Of a DNA stretch of 64,000 nucleotides, positions 63,131 to 64,000 are shown piece by piece. Made by a program: the position numbers and the translations under genes. Origin of the DNA: Tubiluchus corallicola (Eukaryota; Animalia; Priapulida); NCBI GenBank assembly GCA_030141605.1, contig JAQGDQ010000526.1:1-64000 (forward strand), given 5' to 3'. The notes under the pieces are model-generated. The model had not been told where the DNA came from, did not search any database, and saw only the letters and a list, made by a program, of their open reading frames with translations. Position 1 is the stretch's first letter. Every line of letters starts with the position of its first letter.

Positions 63131-64000
63131 TGCTGGTAAAAATAGTAAAATAAAATAAATTAAATTTCAAATTAAATATTATTTAATAAAATAATACAAG
63201 GCTACAAATGCTCACAAAAAATGATACAACCTTATTAACATAAACTTTGCAGTTGCTAAGATAAACAGTTGATATGGCAATTAGCTTATGGCAAATTATG
63301 TTTTAAATTGCTAGCCATAATGGTTAGATTAGATCCGAATATGTTGGAAGTGTTCAAATTTGCTTGGAAAAACAGTTTGTCAAAGCTACCCAATTTCGGG
63401 TAATTCTGTCAAAGGGTATTTTTTCAACAAAAAAACAAACATTGCAAGTGTGTAATATTCGTATTACTGCAACTGGCTCGGGATGTTGTGTTTGTTGTTT
63501 TTCAATCTGTAATTAATAAAACAGCGTTGAAGAAAATATTTTATACGAACGCAAAGCAAAATTTAAGGGCTAAAGTTACCCTATTTTACCGATACTTGTG
63601 TTGATAACAAACGTACAAGTATAAGCATATCAGCATGTAACTGTCTTCAGACGACCGTTTTTGATTTGCCATTTCTGGTTACATTTGCTGTAGCCACTCG
63701 TGAGTCCTGTCCTGGCAAAACTAGCCTCGCGCTTCTTACAATGTCTGCTCCTGTCTTTCTTGATAAACTGGAGTAAAAAGGCGTTCAAAACAAGGTCTGA
63801 CAAAACGTAGAAGCTCAAATATTGCAGCTGACGATGGATATAATGCTTCATCATCATTCAATAAATCACACGTCCAGTGACATGATTCTGCTCACCTCCC
63901 TATGCCAGGACTCTAGTGTTCATAATTCTATTTATTTATATGTTTGACAAATTTTGTTCAGTTTGTTTGTTTGTACTTTTTAGGTGTGGCAAGCCTTGAA

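Larger units (their letters stand above)
60780..63320. repeat. Diverged GTTGCCATGGCAAC-containing repeat arrays in inverted orientation
   Basis: 60830-60910 is the reverse complement of 62535-62610. Further units lie at 62350-62490 and 63205-63300. Confidence 0.55.

Overview
AT-rich animal (invertebrate-like) nuclear DNA with spliceosomal introns. Four host genes were reconstructed by hand. (1) The 3' part (14 exons, 278-19683, +) of a GABA-B receptor subunit 2-like class C GPCR, with one GC-AG intron and a C-terminal coiled coil. (2) CWF19L1, with an intron-free CDS (22161-23762, -). (3) TRIP4/ASC-1, with an intron-free CDS (29043-30581, +), head-to-head with CWF19L1 across a putative ~400-bp bidirectional promoter (YY1-like and CACGTG motifs). 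(4) MGAT2/GnT-II, with 8 coding exons (36570-54308, +; 468 aa). A complete, GC-rich, apparently young pogo/Fot-like DD35D transposon (24-bp perfect TIRs, TA duplication, PHD-like C-terminus) sits in a receptor intron. The rest is dense with MITEs (hAT-, Kolobok- and Tc1/pogo-type ends), LINE 3' fragments (CR1/L2, RTE), SINEs, microsatellites, exact triplications and long hairpins. No rRNA, tRNA or CRISPR array is supported. The best leads are the intact transposon, the divergent intronless gene pair with an in-frame spliced uORF, and a TRIP4 3' UTR built from a copy of its own coding sequence. All family assignments rest on recalled motifs, not database searches.
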